A DNA stretch of 58,429 bases. It comes from Thermodesulfobacteriota bacterium. Lineage in GTDB: Bacteria > Desulfobacterota > GWC2-55-46 > JADFVP01. The notes beneath the pieces were generated by a model. That model saw only the letters and a list, made by a program, of their open reading frames with translations, did not search any database and was not told where the DNA came from. The DNA lies in assembly GCA_046754225.1 (NCBI GenBank), contig JBHHVI010000005.1:1-58429 (forward strand), given 5' to 3'. The position numbers and the translations under genes were made by a program. Of this stretch, positions 56,898-58,429 are shown piece after piece; the stretch's first letter is position 1, and every line of letters begins with the position of its first letter.

Positions 56898-57139
56898 CAA
56901 CATTCTTCCCTTTCAGGAAGCTAAGGTTCCGGTTTAAAGCATGGGCCTTTAAATTCACACATTGGAATCAGTTATAACACCGAAGGAGAGGGATAGGGTT
57001 CAAAAACAACAAATGGTCAAAATGACCAAAACAACAATTTCAAAAAGGGGTTTGAGCTTTAGAGGGGTTTTGCCTTCAAGGTCCGCTACCACGCCTTACT
57101 CCCTTTAACCGGCCCCGAAAGGATACCGGACAAAAAAAC

Positions 57140-58429
57140 TCAATCAAAAAATCCGTTCTGCACAGGCCTTCTCTTATAGGCCTTCTTTTTTATATTCACC
57201 TTTTTTAAAAGCGCTTGAGGGATCTCTCCGATAAAAGGCGAGGGGGCGCTCTCCACCACCTCACCCCAGGCTCGCCTCTTACTGGCGGATAAAAGATAAA
57301 GACTTTTTACCGCCCTTGTCATGCCCACGTAAAAGAGCCTCCTTTCCTCCTCCATATCCGTACCCTCTCTACAGAGAGGAATGAGGCCGTCCTCGACCCC
57401 CGCGATAAAGACGCACCGGAACTCAAGCCCCTTGGCCGTATGGAGCGTCATGAGATTAACCATGTCCGCCTTTATATCGAGGTTGTCGGCTGGCTCTAAG
57501 AGGGCCATCTCCGTAATAAAAACGTCGAGGGGGCTATCCGCCTTTTCCCCGTCCACTCTTTTCGCGACCGATAAAAAGGGCTGCATGACCTCGGGGGCGG
57601 CGTTCAACACCCGGGCCTCTTCCTTTATAAAATCTACGAGGGAAATCCCCCCGTCAGGGGTACCCTCCTTCAGGCGCTTTAAAAGGTCCATGAAAGATAC
57701 GCCCGCCGGCCCTGAGAGACGGCACGGTATGGCCGACTTTTTAAAGGCGTCGAGAATGGCTTCGCCCTGCCTGTTGGTCCTGAATAGGACTGCGAAGTCT
57801 GAAAACCTCAGGTCCACGCCCCGCCCGCCGGCCGTCTGGCTGTAAAAACCCCCCATCATCTTCTCTATCTCTTTTATGATGTATTCAGTCAGAGACCTTT
57901 CGTCGCCGCAGCTCACCAGAAAAACCTCGCCGCCTTCTTTGACCGCCTGGGACCCTTTCTCGACCCTCTCGCGGTTATTCGATATAACGGAGTCCGAGGC
58001 CCTGACGATATTTTCCGTGGAGCGGTAGTTCCGCTCAAGCCTTATTACAGAGCTTCCGGGGAACTCCCTTTCAAAATTCATAAAACTCTCAAGGCTCGAC
58101 CCCCTGAAGGAATAAACGGCCTGGTCGGGGTCTCCTATGGCGAAAAGCCCCGCCCCTCGTTCAGTAAGGATCTTCACAAAACGGGCCTGCGGCGGGTTAA
58201 TATCCTGATACTCGTCTATCAGGATGTGCGACAAACCCTTTTTAAGAAACCCCGGCCCGGCGGGGCCGATCTCAAGGACCCTGATGGTTTCAAGGATAAG
58301 GTCGTCGAGGTCGAGGGCGTTTTTCTCTTTAAGGTAATTCTGATACAGGTCAAAGATTTCCATATCGGCGGGGTCGGCGCGGCCACCGGGGCCGGCGCAG
58401 CCACCGGGGCCGCCGCGGCCACCGGGGCC
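57140..58429 (-). CDS. UvrD/PcrA-like SF1 helicase, 5' part outside the window
   Basis: IDEYQD, IGDPDQAVYSFRG, NYRS, LFRTN, TLHTAKGLEF and EERRLFYVGMTRA motifs. The frame stays open from 58363 to the window end, and Walker A is not inside the window. Confidence 0.9.
   Translation of the reverse strand, partial: GPGGRGGPGGCAGPGGRADPADMEIFDLYQNYLKEKNALDLDDLILETIRVLEIGPAGPGFLKKGLSHILIDEYQDINPPQARFVKILTERGAGLFAIGDPDQAVYSFRGSSLESFMNFEREFPGSSVIRLERNYRSTENIVRASDSVISNNRERVEKGSQAVKEGGEVFLVSCGDERSLTEYIIKEIEKMMGGFYSQTAGGRGVDLRFSDFAVLFRTNRQGEAILDAFKKSAIPCRLSGPAGVSFMDLLKRLKEGTPDGGISLVDFIKEEARVLNAAPEVMQPFLSVAKRVDGEKADSPLDVFITEMALLEPADNLDIKADMVNLMTLHTAKGLEFRCVFIAGVEDGLIPLCREGTDMEEERRLFYVGMTRAVKSLYLLSASKRRAWGEVVESAPSPFIGEIPQALLKKVNIKKKAYKRRPVQNGFFD
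58379..58429. repeat. 18-bp in-frame tandem repeat x3 (GCGGCCACCGGGGCCGGC-like) encoding GPGG-x-x repeats in the helicase
   Basis: Three near-identical units up to the window edge. Confidence 0.8.

Noticed and set aside
57013-57108. 31-codon plus-strand ORF (MVKMTKTT...) in the convergent gap
   Set aside because: It has no recognisable features and the purine-rich stretch is too far upstream to be a convincing RBS.

Overview
This is a gene-dense core-chromosome window from a diderm (LPS-making), probably anaerobic or microaerobic bacterium. The gene content (siroheme-route AhbD, a CobA-HemD fusion, RqcH, short ThiC) suggests a deltaproteobacterial/Desulfobacterota-like organism, which is an inference only. 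In order, it contains: a ~15.6 kb minus-strand LPS core/lipid A modification cluster (waaF, gmhB, waaC, PAP2, ArnT-like, GT2s, Trm112, waaQ-like, GT4s, deacetylase, GT9, methyltransferase); rqcH, a radical SAM protein, an aminopeptidase and a TMTC-like GT-C; gmhA, a DHS-like protein, argH, a small lipoprotein, lysA, dapF, dapA, dapB and a dsbC-like gene; tRNA-Thr; a diguanylate cyclase; a TPP-riboswitch thiamine operon; an ANTAR regulator; a GT2/DUF2304/TMTC-like triad; tRNA-Leu; tal/fsa, rnr, ubiB-like, ribF, aroE and lpxH; a heme cluster (cobA-hemD, hemB, ahbD, chdC); then YyaL, DJ-1, DUF2934 and a 5'-truncated UvrD-like helicase. I saw no transposase, integrase, prophage or CRISPR array. 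The most interesting signals are: (1) the ThiH slot of the thiamine operon holds a full-length HydG-type enzyme with its auxiliary-cluster CX2CX22C motif, and lgt is embedded in the same operon; (2) an 81-nt, ~81%-identical inverted copy of part of the uvrD-like gene sits in an LPS-operon intergenic gap 51 kb away; (3) a candidate bacterial TMTC-type glycosylation module; (4) AhbD and ChdC lie side by side; (5) a DsbC-like protein carries an N-terminal CxxxCxxCH motif; (6) small ORFs absent from the ORF track (an LptM/YifL-like lipoprotein and Trm112). All family assignments come from recognising motifs by eye, not from database searches.
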